This document shows positions 16,756 through 25,743 of a stretch of 32,000 nucleotides of DNA, one piece after another. This DNA is from Cuniculiplasma divulgatum. GTDB taxonomy: Archaea > Thermoplasmatota > Thermoplasmata > Thermoplasmatales > Thermoplasmataceae. Below the pieces are notes generated by a model. The model saw nothing but the letters and a program-made list of their open reading frames with translations, searched no databases and was not told where the DNA came from. The position numbers were made by a program, and so were the translations under genes. Each line of letters starts with the position of its first letter. Position 1 is the first letter of the stretch. The stretch is taken from the NCBI RefSeq assembly GCF_900083515.1, contig NZ_LT671858.1:90001-122000 (forward strand), written 5' to 3'.

Positions 16756-18141
16756 ATGAATAAATGTTTAGATATGAAAGTTGACGTTCTAATTATAGGC
16801 GCAGGGGGTGGCGCATATCCTGCCGCATTCAGGCTTGCTGGATCTGGAAAGACTGTTCTTATGGCTGATCCAAAAGGTGTGCTTGGGGGAAACTGCCTCT
16901 ATCTGGGGTGCATCCCGTCAAAGACAGTAAGAGAGCTTATCGAGATAAATGAAAGGTCGGGCAGATTGCTTGGTTCAAAAAATCATGCTGATTTCAGATT
17001 GATTCAGCAGCATAAGGATGACGTGCAGCAAATGCGTTTTGACCAGCACAACCGGGAAATGTCAGAATTCCAAAGTCTGAAATTCATGAAGGGAAAGGTG
17101 AGTTTTACAGGAAAAAACAGCGCAAAGGTATCCACTGAAAGTGAAATGATCGATGTGGAATTTGATTATGCAATCATTGCAACAGGAACAGTCGTTTCAA
17201 GGATATCGTTCCCGGGATCTGATTTTTGCATAACAAGTGATGATATATTCTCATTCGGTTCAGAAATCAGGGAAATTCCAAAGAAAATGGTGATTGTGGG
17301 CGGAGGTTACATAGCACTTGAGGTTGCAGATATGTTCCACGCCCTTGGAACAGAAGTGCATCTTTTTGTTAGGACAGAAACGGTCCTCAGGAACGTTGAC
17401 AGAGATCTTGTGAATATTGCTTATCCACTTATAACACCATACCGGGTTCATATGAATACAATCATTAGAGATATAACAGGACAGAGGGGGAATCTAAAGG
17501 TCAACTACACTGAGAATAGAGATGATCTTAACATGGAGGCAGATGAGGTTCTACTTGCTGTAGGAAGAAAGGGTGTTGTTCCCGAAGGATTGGATCTCAC
17601 TGGAGTGAAATACAGCAGCAGGGGCATTATAGAAGTAAATGACACACTACAGACAAATGTTTCACACATTTATGCAACCGGTGATATAACAGGAAGAACA
17701 CCGTATTTTCATGCTGCGGTCAGGGAATCACTGGTTGCAGCAAACAACATTCTGGGTGATACCACAGACAGGATGGATTTCCTCAATGTACCAGTCTCAA
17801 TATTCACCTACCCTCCAATTTCATACATAGGTATATTGAGAGATGAGGCAAGGAAGAGGGGTATGGATATAGTGGAGACATCCTATGCCATGTCAGGAGA
17901 TTCACGGGCGCAGATGTATGAGGAACAGGATGGTGAGATAAGGCTATTCTTTGAAAGAAAGACAGGAAGGATAGTTGGGGGATGGGTTGTAGGATTAGAT
18001 GCACCACAGCTCATTAATGAAATAGGCACAGCTGTTTTTAATTCGCTGACAGCATCCGATATGTCCAAGTTCCCGGATCAGCATCCCACCACAAATGAAG
18101 GGATATCCAAGGCAGCAAGAGCCTGGAAGGGTCCCACATAA
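16756..18141 (+). CDS. Class I pyridine nucleotide-disulfide oxidoreductase (dihydrolipoyl dehydrogenase-like)
   Basis: FAD fold IIGAGGGAYPAA, redox disulfide GGNCLYLGCIPSK, NAD fold VIVGGGYIALE, ATGDITG, and C-terminal HPTTNE. The start may be ATG 16774. Confidence 0.85.
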   Translation: MNKCLDMKVDVLIIGAGGGAYPAAFRLAGSGKTVLMADPKGVLGGNCLYLGCIPSKTVRELIEINERSGRLLGSKNHADFRLIQQHKDDVQQMRFDQHNREMSEFQSLKFMKGKVSFTGKNSAKVSTESEMIDVEFDYAIIATGTVVSRISFPGSDFCITSDDIFSFGSEIREIPKKMVIVGGGYIALEVADMFHALGTEVHLFVRTETVLRNVDRDLVNIAYPLITPYRVHMNTIIRDITGQRGNLKVNYTENRDDLNMEADEVLLAVGRKGVVPEGLDLTGVKYSSRGIIEVNDTLQTNVSHIYATGDITGRTPYFHAAVRESLVAANNILGDTTDRMDFLNVPVSIFTYPPISYIGILRDEARKRGMDIVETSYAMSGDSRAQMYEEQDGEIRLFFERKTGRIVGGWVVGLDAPQLINEIGTAVFNSLTASDMSKFPDQHPTTNEGISKAARAWKGPT

Positions 18142-18383
18142 TCAGGTCAACATTTTTACATAAAAAATACAACTTTTTTCAGTTCACCTTTCACGCATTA
18201 ACCATGAAATGACATTAAAAAAATAGTGTAATTAGAAATTTACATTAGGCAATCAGACCGCATGTATTATCAACCCTTATTTTAAATTAAAAAATAGCCT
18301 TATAGCCTGTTTCTCTATGATTTATTTTTTACTTTTCATGTAAAGCAGAACATCTTATTTATAGAATATATATTCATTAACAT

Positions 18384-18635
18384 ATGAAAACAGATTTTAT
18401 TAGCCTAAGACTTGACACGAAAACTTCAACAACTGTAAGAAAATTAATCTCACTCCGTTTGGTTAAAACCAAGACGAACGCTCTGAAATTCATAATGAAA
18501 CACGGTATAATGGAAACAACACATATAATCGAAAACAAAGAAGAAAGCCGTAGAATAATAAAGAAATGGAAAGAGGAAGGATTTCCAGTTCTATCTGAAG
18601 ATCTATCAGACATATCGATCAAAGAAAGAGAATAA
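18384..18635 (+). CDS. Putative antitoxin of the downstream PIN gene
   Basis: The 83-aa ORF has an N-terminal beta-strand-like ISLRLD. Its stop abuts the PIN start (TAAATG). Confidence 0.45.
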   Translation: MKTDFISLRLDTKTSTTVRKLISLRLVKTKTNALKFIMKHGIMETTHIIENKEESRRIIKKWKEEGFPVLSEDLSDISIKERE

Positions 18636-19046
18636 ATGAATTATATAGATAAGAATGTCATTCTTTGTTACCTTAATAAAAACGATTTAAACCATGATAA
18701 GGCAGCAAAGTTATGGGCAATAAATGAGCCAAAAGTGATATCTAAAATTACCTTACCTGAGCTTAGGTCAGTTCTTTCAAGGAAAACAAACCTAAGTGAA
18801 GCAGAAATAGAGGCTTATGTTGAACATTTACCCGATATAGGTTTACAAATTGTAGAATCTGACCTAAACAGAGTTTTCAACCGAGCTTCTGAAATGGTAT
18901 TTAAAATTAAAATGAAAACGTTTGGCACTTTGCATATTTCTGCCTGTTTAGAGATCAATGCTTGAAACCTGGTAACACTTGATTACGAGTTTGTGGAAAA
19001 AAATAGAATCATATCTGAACTTGGCATAAACATAGTTTCAAGATAA
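18636..19046 (+). pseudogene. PIN-domain toxin with in-frame TGA (109-aa ORF plus a 26-codon continuation)
   Basis: MNYIDKNVILCY... (PIN N-terminus) runs to ...TLHISACLEINA, then TGA at 18963-18965. The same frame continues NLVTLDYEFVEKNRIISELGINIVSR* with the typical PIN C-terminal lvT.D motif. The Asp normally before LHIA is Gly/Thr. Confidence 0.55.
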
Positions 19047-19262
19047 TCTTTAAAAAATTATGGAGATTTTTGATACATAACCATCTAAATCTCTAAAAAT
19101 TTTTAAGTTGATCGAAAGTCCAAAGTGTTTTTAAAAGGATTCATATTTGAATTTTTCCTTAAATTAGTTGTTAGGTTTTTACTCTAAGTGCAACGTTGAA
19201 GAAAATCTTAAAAATGACTTTGTAACCAATACTCTTCACTTCATATAATAAACATAAAAACT

Positions 19263-22200
19263 CTAAGATGAAAGTAAACTATTAGACACTTCAAGATATT
19301 TTCCAGGTATTGGATTTTTCAGTTTCCATATTATGTTCATTGGTCTACTGCCCTCATGGCTATAATATTCCACTGTGCCAAGGAAAGTATATGGAAATGC
19401 ACCTGTTTTATCTTCTTTATTTTCTCTGACAAACAGTAAAACTTTACTTCCATATTCTTTATGATTTATGTATCTCTTTCCAGTTTTTGAATCGACTGAT
19501 GTTGTGCTTTGGCTTTGCCAATGGAACAATGTATCATTAATCGAGTAATCTTCGTAGAGTGTTGTTGGAGTATAATCCCCTTCTTTCTTGTTTAATGTCA
19601 CAAATAATAAATCTATTTTCCATTTTGGAATGTATTTGACACCTTCTCTCATATTTTCAGGAGAATCAATGTCCATTGCCACTAAAATTTGATCTCTTGT
19701 GTAATTGCAATGTAGGTCAAGCGGGCAATCAAAACCAACATTAACTGGACTGTCCAGGAAATCTATCTTGTCCAGTCTTAGCTCCAGTAACTCTATTATT
19801 TCATCCAGAAATGGGCCACTTGACTTTATTCTATTAATTGCTTCCTCCGGAGATTTAAAACCACATTGGTCGAATGATTTTTTCCAAACAGTGTATTGAA
19901 ACATGTTCAGCATCCTTCGTTCTGTTTGAGACATTTTACTAACATCAGGTAGATTGTTTGATTTAAGGACATTCAATAGGAAGTTAATCCACCTTCGTGA
20001 GTCTATGGAACAAAGCTTAAGAAATGCTTTAGTCATTAAAGTTTCCATGTCACTATTAAAATCAGGGGCTAAACCAGAATCTGCCTTTAATCTTGAAAAA
20101 CTCGTTTTTGAATAGATTTCCCTCAAGTCCAATTGATAATATTCAATGAAATTTTTGAGTGTTAATGGTAGCCCAGTATCTGCAGTAAAAGTGGAAACCA
20201 GGGACTTTAACTTAGATCTTGATCCAACTGCCTGTCTTATATTATCAAGTATAAATTCCTGAGCTCTTCTTTCAAGCTGAATATAGCATCCCTTAGGTAC
20301 ATCTGGAAATCCATCTGTAATCTCTCTTTCCAATCTCATATGGGTCTTAGAAAGCATTGCAGAAAATTTTTCTCTGAAATTATAATTTTTATTAGCCTGT
20401 CCAACAAAATCAAGGACAGTCAGGCAATCTTTTCCCTCAGAAATCCTTAGTCCTCTTCCAAGTTGCTGCAAGAAAATGGTAAGACTCTCAGTTGGTCGAA
20501 GAAACATGATTGTGTTTATACTTGGAATATCCACACCTTCATTATAAATATCCACAGTAAACACAAATTTTATCTCTCCTCTTTCCAGCAACTCTTTTAT
20601 ATTTTTTCTTTCATCATTCTTAGAGTTGCTGTCAATGTACATAGACGTTATTCCATAAGAATTGAATTGTTCAGTCATGAATTTACAATGCAATTGTGAA
20701 ACACAGAATCCTATGCCCCTGACGTTCTTTATATCGTCTACATACTTTGTAAGAGCATCAACTATGTTGCTAACTCGTTCCATTGAAGACCTGTTTCCAT
20801 CGCTATATATCTGACTTAATTGGTCCTTATCATATCCTCCCCTAACCCATTTCACATCTTTTAGATCTATATTGTCCGTTATCCCAAAATACTGGAAAGG
20901 TGATAGCAACTTTCTATCAATCGCTTCTGGGAGCCTCATTTCGGCTGATATTTTGTTTTCAAAATATTTTAGGATATCCTGCCCATCCATCCTCTCTGGT
21001 GTCGCTGTCAGACCAACCAGTATTTTTGGCTTATAATAAGTAAGTAATTGTTGATAACTTGGAGCTGATGCATGATGAAATTCGTCTATAATGATAAAAT
21101 CATAATAATCGCTTGCGGTTCTAGTTGTCATATCCCTTGAGTTGAACATTTGTATTGACATGAAAAGATGATCCAGTCTATTTGGAATATTATCTCCAAC
21201 GCCAATCTCTCCAAAGTTTTGATCCCTTAGCACACTTCTAAAGCAATCTATTGCCTGTTCAAGTATTTCTTTTCTGTGTGATACAAATAGTAGACGATTA
21301 GTTTTCCCTTGATTTTGGGTTCTGAATCTTTTATAATCTAAAGCAGATATAACAGTTTTGCCTGTTCCGGTTGCCGCAACTATTAGGTTTTTATATCTAC
21401 CATGAACAACCCTTTCTGCTTCGAGCCTGTCAAGGATTTCCTGTTGATATGCAAATGGATGTATGTCTGCTATGAATTTTGAAGGATTCTCTTTTCCAAT
21501 ATTTCTTTCAGAATTTATAGCAGAAACAAGTTTATCCCTTTTACCATTTGAATAAGACTCAAAATCATGAGACTCCCAATAACTTTGAAATGTTGCCTTG
21601 ACCTTATTCATCGTTTCTAACATGTCCTTTTCCGTTATTTTTACATTCCATTCAAGTCCACTGGAAATGGCTACATTAGAAAGATTTGAGGACCCTATGT
21701 AAGCAGTAGAAAAACCGGTGTCACGATAAAATATGTAAGTTTTAGCATGTAACCTTGTACGCTTGGTATCATATGAGATTTTAATCTCTGGGCTTTCACC
21801 GTTCTTGTTTTTAAGATTATTCAATTCTTCTATCGATTTTACGTCAGTTGCACCCATGTATGTTGTAGTTATAATCCGAAGTTTACCATTTTTTTCAAAG
21901 AATTCCCTCAATTCATTAATTATTAATCTAATACCACTCCATTTTATGAAAGAAACGAGAATATCAATTCTATCAGATGATAAGATCTCTTTTTTTAGTT
22001 CAGAATACATACTAGGCTCCCTAGATGCCCCAGTAAAGAGAGAACTTTGTGAAATAGAAGTTATTGGTCTTTCTATTTTATCTACTGTGCAACCAAGACT
22101 CTGGCTTTCCTTTTTATCAAAAATCGCCAAAAGGTTTTCAATTCTTTTCTCATGATTATCAGAAATGTTTGGATAGAGATTTTCATCTTTTCCCAGAGAG

Positions 22201-22454
22201 TCTAAAATTTTATTTACAATATCTATTTGCTCACTAATTCCATGTCCACGGCTCCTTACATTATCAAGGGTTTCCCTTATTAACCCACTCAGGTATAAGG
22301 TAAGTACTTTGGAAGAATCATCATCATCTATTGGAGATTTTTGAAAATCAGTATGGTTGGACATAGATTCCAATTCGTTTTTAATCAAATCGTTAATGAG
22401 TTGTTCATAAATCCCTTTCTTGAGCATATCTAAACTTTTAAGTATACTCCCCAT
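19263..22454 (-). CDS. SauUSI-like type IV (modification-dependent) restriction enzyme: PLD nuclease + SF2 helicase + DUF3427
   Basis: The 1063-aa ORF has an HKD/PLD motif (RLHAKTYIF...GSSNLS). Helicase motifs are AATGTGKT, IIIDEFHH, GLTATPER and QQLGRGLR. The C-terminal region (LFHWQSQS...LLFVRE...FLGTVEY) matches my recollection of DUF3427. This is the same three-part layout as SauUSI. Confidence 0.75.
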   Translation of the reverse strand: MGSILKSLDMLKKGIYEQLINDLIKNELESMSNHTDFQKSPIDDDDSSKVLTLYLSGLIRETLDNVRSRGHGISEQIDIVNKILDSLGKDENLYPNISDNHEKRIENLLAIFDKKESQSLGCTVDKIERPITSISQSSLFTGASREPSMYSELKKEILSSDRIDILVSFIKWSGIRLIINELREFFEKNGKLRIITTTYMGATDVKSIEELNNLKNKNGESPEIKISYDTKRTRLHAKTYIFYRDTGFSTAYIGSSNLSNVAISSGLEWNVKITEKDMLETMNKVKATFQSYWESHDFESYSNGKRDKLVSAINSERNIGKENPSKFIADIHPFAYQQEILDRLEAERVVHGRYKNLIVAATGTGKTVISALDYKRFRTQNQGKTNRLLFVSHRKEILEQAIDCFRSVLRDQNFGEIGVGDNIPNRLDHLFMSIQMFNSRDMTTRTASDYYDFIIIDEFHHASAPSYQQLLTYYKPKILVGLTATPERMDGQDILKYFENKISAEMRLPEAIDRKLLSPFQYFGITDNIDLKDVKWVRGGYDKDQLSQIYSDGNRSSMERVSNIVDALTKYVDDIKNVRGIGFCVSQLHCKFMTEQFNSYGITSMYIDSNSKNDERKNIKELLERGEIKFVFTVDIYNEGVDIPSINTIMFLRPTESLTIFLQQLGRGLRISEGKDCLTVLDFVGQANKNYNFREKFSAMLSKTHMRLEREITDGFPDVPKGCYIQLERRAQEFILDNIRQAVGSRSKLKSLVSTFTADTGLPLTLKNFIEYYQLDLREIYSKTSFSRLKADSGLAPDFNSDMETLMTKAFLKLCSIDSRRWINFLLNVLKSNNLPDVSKMSQTERRMLNMFQYTVWKKSFDQCGFKSPEEAINRIKSSGPFLDEIIELLELRLDKIDFLDSPVNVGFDCPLDLHCNYTRDQILVAMDIDSPENMREGVKYIPKWKIDLLFVTLNKKEGDYTPTTLYEDYSINDTLFHWQSQSTTSVDSKTGKRYINHKEYGSKVLLFVRENKEDKTGAFPYTFLGTVEYYSHEGSRPMNIIWKLKNPIPGKYLEVSNSLLSS

Positions 22455-22645
22455 TGTATAAATAACATGCTTACTCGTTTGAAAATAGAATGAATGGTGG
22501 GAATCTCACGTTCCTGATTGTAAGTGAAGTCGGCCATTTGTTGACTTCTTCAAGGAACCAGAGAGATTTATAAAGGAAAATTTCGGGTCATGTCTATTTC
22601 TGTCCATTAAATTTAAAGTTCATTCTATTTTAATTCAAACTAGAA

Positions 22646-23434
22646 TTAAAATAGTATGTTCTCAAGTGTTTTAACAACGGTCAAATTGTCAGGTAGGGGA
22701 TTAACGAGATAAGATAGTTCTGAATTCCATTTCATACGGCTCGAAGCAATTTGTATCTTTTCCATTAGTTTATTTCTTTCAAACTTCTCATTCCTTCTAT
22801 TCATTTTTTCATTAACCAAAGATTCATCATATTTCACTTTTTTTATGTCCAGAAGAAAATATAGATCATATATATCCCTGATCTTGTCTCTTTCTATTAT
22901 GGAAGCAACCTTCTCTGCTACAATTTCTTCAAGATTCAATACAGGTACCAGAAAGAGCGGAATATCCTGATAAGGTGGTAGCATGTACTTATTTTCAGAT
23001 TCCCTTAGAACATCTCTTCTAAGGCTTATATCAATATTTATATTCTGCATCTGTCTTGAACTTTCATAGAGAGGACCCTGAATCCTTAGTTCAAAGTTCA
23101 TTCCCACGACAGTGTCATTTTCCCTGCGTCCCCTATGTTCATTTCTGTTAATGATGTATTGCTTCCCAACACTTTCCATGACTGTTTCAAATTTCCTGTT
23201 TATTTTTCCTCTTTCCATGGAATTGTTCTCACCTGTGTAAGAGAAATCAAGATCCTCTGAAAATCTGTTAAGATTGTAGAAGTATTTTAGTGATGTACCT
23301 CCCTTGAAAATTAGTTTGTAGTCAAAAACCCTGTAAATCTCGAAGAGCAGAAGTGTAAGAAGATAGTCCTTTTCAAGCTGCCTTGCATCTCTGAATCTTC
23401 CAGACTGCTTCAGAAGATCGCCCGGATCAATCAT
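22646..23434 (-). CDS. abiEii: AbiEii/AbiGii-family nucleotidyltransferase toxin (DUF1814)
   Basis: FKGGTSLKYFYNLNRFSEDLDFSY is the family's NTase motif. The gene is 262 aa and lies 2 nt downstream of the AbiEi-like gene. Confidence 0.85.
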   Translation of the reverse strand: MIDPGDLLKQSGRFRDARQLEKDYLLTLLLFEIYRVFDYKLIFKGGTSLKYFYNLNRFSEDLDFSYTGENNSMERGKINRKFETVMESVGKQYIINRNEHRGRRENDTVVGMNFELRIQGPLYESSRQMQNINIDISLRRDVLRESENKYMLPPYQDIPLFLVPVLNLEEIVAEKVASIIERDKIRDIYDLYFLLDIKKVKYDESLVNEKMNRRNEKFERNKLMEKIQIASSRMKWNSELSYLVNPLPDNLTVVKTLENILF

Positions 23435-23436
23435 TT

Positions 23437-24060
23437 TTAATCACCTTCTGATCTTCTAATTTCATCATCCTCATAAAGCAGCTTAGAGAGTTTCCTGTTC
23501 ACACTTCCAGAATTCATTCTATGGGCGTACTCCCTTAACACTTTGAGGTTCAACATTGAATTCTGTCTGGATAAATCGAAAGCTTCTTTTACATATGAGA
23601 AAGCAGGTATATTCAGATAAAGGGAATCAAGGATTGCCTTTTCTATGGAGGCTATGTAGGCATTCTGTACTCTATTGAATCCAAAAAATCTTTCTCTTCC
23701 AATCGTCCTGAATTCAATTATATTTTCACCAAGGTTAATCTCCCTGTGCCTTTTAATTGATATAACGCTGTATTTTTTAATAACCTGATCTGTAACTGAA
23801 TAATATTGGAATGCAGCGAATAGACTTATGTATGATGGAAAAACAATCTGGGACGCAATCTCATATAGATTATCTCCTCTTGAAGAGCTTATGAAATACA
23901 GTCCTCTTTCAATTCTTTTCACCTTTCTGTTGGACGATAATATCTTGGAAACATATTTTTTTGGTTTTTTCATAAGCATTGATGCATCATTTATTGTGAA
24001 TACAGTTTTTCCATGTAACTGTAATTCTTCAAGAGTATCCATAACTCTGTTGTAAATCAT
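23437..24060 (-). CDS. abiEi: AbiEi-family antitoxin / transcriptional regulator (COG5340-like)
   Basis: The 207-aa ORF lies immediately upstream of abiEii. An N-terminal wHTH-like region is followed by a C-terminal domain, and a 13-bp inverted repeat lies just upstream. Confidence 0.7.
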   Translation of the reverse strand: MIYNRVMDTLEELQLHGKTVFTINDASMLMKKPKKYVSKILSSNRKVKRIERGLYFISSSRGDNLYEIASQIVFPSYISLFAAFQYYSVTDQVIKKYSVISIKRHREINLGENIIEFRTIGRERFFGFNRVQNAYIASIEKAILDSLYLNIPAFSYVKEAFDLSRQNSMLNLKVLREYAHRMNSGSVNRKLSKLLYEDDEIRRSEGD

Positions 24061-24091
24061 ACAGGTAAATATAGTAAAAGAAAATAAAGTT

Positions 24092-24133
24092 TATGTAACA
24101 TTATACCCACAATTCTGGTGATAATGTTACATA
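24092..24133. promoter_or_regulatory. Candidate abiE operator: perfect 13-bp inverted repeat
   Basis: TATGTAACATTAT (24092-24104), a 16-bp spacer, then ATAATGTTACATA (24121-24133). It starts 32 nt upstream of the abiEi start codon. Confidence 0.55.
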
Positions 24134-24227
24134 GATTTAAAATAAAAATCTTAGGGACCCCAATAAGTGAAGAATCTTGTTGAATCAAGAGACTATCGCT
24201 GCATTATATCAATTATGGAATTTTGAA

Positions 24228-24953
24228 TCACCTGATGTTATTTTTTTCAGTGAATATATGACTGTATTGCTTCTTTATGCTGGTTATGTAAACGTCCCTT
24301 GAGACAGTACCTCCAAATCTTTTTCTGTCAAAATCTGTGAACTGAGCTTCAACTGAATCCAGTTCATTAACTGTCTTACGCAGTTTTTCACACCATTCAA
24401 CATTTTCCGGATCAGGATTTGCTAACAGTTCCTTTATGGTCTTTATAAGGCTTCCTTTTGCCATAATACTTTTGGGGTCAGGTTTTCTAAGGCAGGCCCC
24501 ATAGAGGCCAGATTTAAAGTCATCCCACATTTTCTCTGCGTCTTCATCATCTGTACCTGTTTTTTCCACCTGTCCAAACCTGTATACGTATCCTGGTTTC
24601 TCCAGTACCTTTTTTGCGTCCAGTAAAAATTCGTATTTTGGATTTGTATCATTACGGAGACTCCTTTCTATAAGAATAACAAGATATGGTGGGTACCAAA
24701 GTACACCATCCTGCGTCACATAGGTAGGCTCAGGAAACTCACCTCTATCATGCCACTTTGTGATAACATCATGGGTAACCCCAGATTTTTCCATAACATT
24801 ATTCATATTCAAAAAGTTTCCCCTGATATGGGAAACATCTGACTGGCTCAATTCAGTATTTTTTTCATGTTCATTCTTATTCATGTCTTTGTCATCGTAA
24901 AATTCTATGTTAATTGATTGACATATCCGAAAAACATAATATGTGATCGGCAA
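24228..24953 (-). CDS. Hypothetical protein with possible N-terminal HTH
   Basis: The 241-aa ORF more likely starts at the Met at 24884. VMEKSGVTHDVITKWHDRGEFPEP resembles MerR/excisionase-type HTH. A conserved-looking C-terminal region reads GLYGACLRKPDP...FDRKRFGG. I cannot name a family with confidence. Confidence 0.5.
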   Translation of the reverse strand: MPITYYVFRICQSINIEFYDDKDMNKNEHEKNTELSQSDVSHIRGNFLNMNNVMEKSGVTHDVITKWHDRGEFPEPTYVTQDGVLWYPPYLVILIERSLRNDTNPKYEFLLDAKKVLEKPGYVYRFGQVEKTGTDDEDAEKMWDDFKSGLYGACLRKPDPKSIMAKGSLIKTIKELLANPDPENVEWCEKLRKTVNELDSVEAQFTDFDRKRFGGTVSRDVYITSIKKQYSHIFTEKNNIR

Positions 24954-24967
24954 TGGTTGTTAAATAA

Positions 24968-25669
24968 ATGAAAAATATTTCAGCGGAACACATTAGCAGC
25001 GTTATCAGGGCCATATCAAATCCAGAAAGGTTAGCTATCATTGAGATCATGGCTGAGGGGCGATCTAATGTTACAGGGATTGTAAAGAAAACAGGAATTG
25101 CGCAGCCGAAGGTTTCCACATATCTATCCATGTTACAGAACGCAGGCATTGTAGATTCCTTTCGTTCAGGAAAGGAGATCATTTATTCCATCGTACCAGA
25201 GGTGATGGAATCCCTTTTGTCATGGGCAGAGGATCTTTCAGGGAAGATGAATAGAAGCTTACATGGGGAAATGAATGTTATAGTTCCCTCATCAGATAGT
25301 TTTTCTTATGCAAGGTGCTGCTATGACCACCTGGCAGGAAAAATTGGAGTGTATCTTCTTGAGGAACTTCTCAGAAGAGGATGGATAGCAGTTGAGAATA
25401 GTGATAAACCCACATTTATGCTTACCGATTTAGGTGAGGACAGCCTTAAGAACTTAGGTGTAAATATACCAGTAAAGAAGAAGCATGGCAGGATATTTGC
25501 CTATGGATGCAGGGATGTATCAGAGAGAAAACTACATCTTGGCGGATCACTGGGTCATGCAATCTTTCAGGACATGATAGTGAAAGGTATAATACAAAGA
25601 TCTTCAGGGACCAGATCACTGAGGGTAAATTCAACAGTGGATGAGTGGTTTTCTGGAAAGGGAACCTGA
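24968..25669 (+). CDS. ArsR-family transcriptional regulator with C-terminal extension
   Basis: ISNPERLAIIEIMAEGRSNVTGIVKKTGIAQPKVSTYLSMLQNAGIV is followed by a CCYDHLAGKIG-containing domain. Confidence 0.8.
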   Translation: MKNISAEHISSVIRAISNPERLAIIEIMAEGRSNVTGIVKKTGIAQPKVSTYLSMLQNAGIVDSFRSGKEIIYSIVPEVMESLLSWAEDLSGKMNRSLHGEMNVIVPSSDSFSYARCCYDHLAGKIGVYLLEELLRRGWIAVENSDKPTFMLTDLGEDSLKNLGVNIPVKKKHGRIFAYGCRDVSERKLHLGGSLGHAIFQDMIVKGIIQRSSGTRSLRVNSTVDEWFSGKGT

Positions 25670-25743
25670 TAAACACTGATAGAATTTTATACACAAAATT
25701 AAAATGATTTTGTATCACTTCAGGTACTTTTTGTTTATTTAAA

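Noticed and set aside
19705-22155. Plus-strand ORFs of 64-130 aa inside the SauUSI-like gene. The same applies to 23828-24055, 24443-24652, 24910-25182, 25446-25787, 28942-29124, 29608-30181 and 30797-31467.
   Set aside because: They are antisense or alternative-frame shadows of longer, motif-supported genes.
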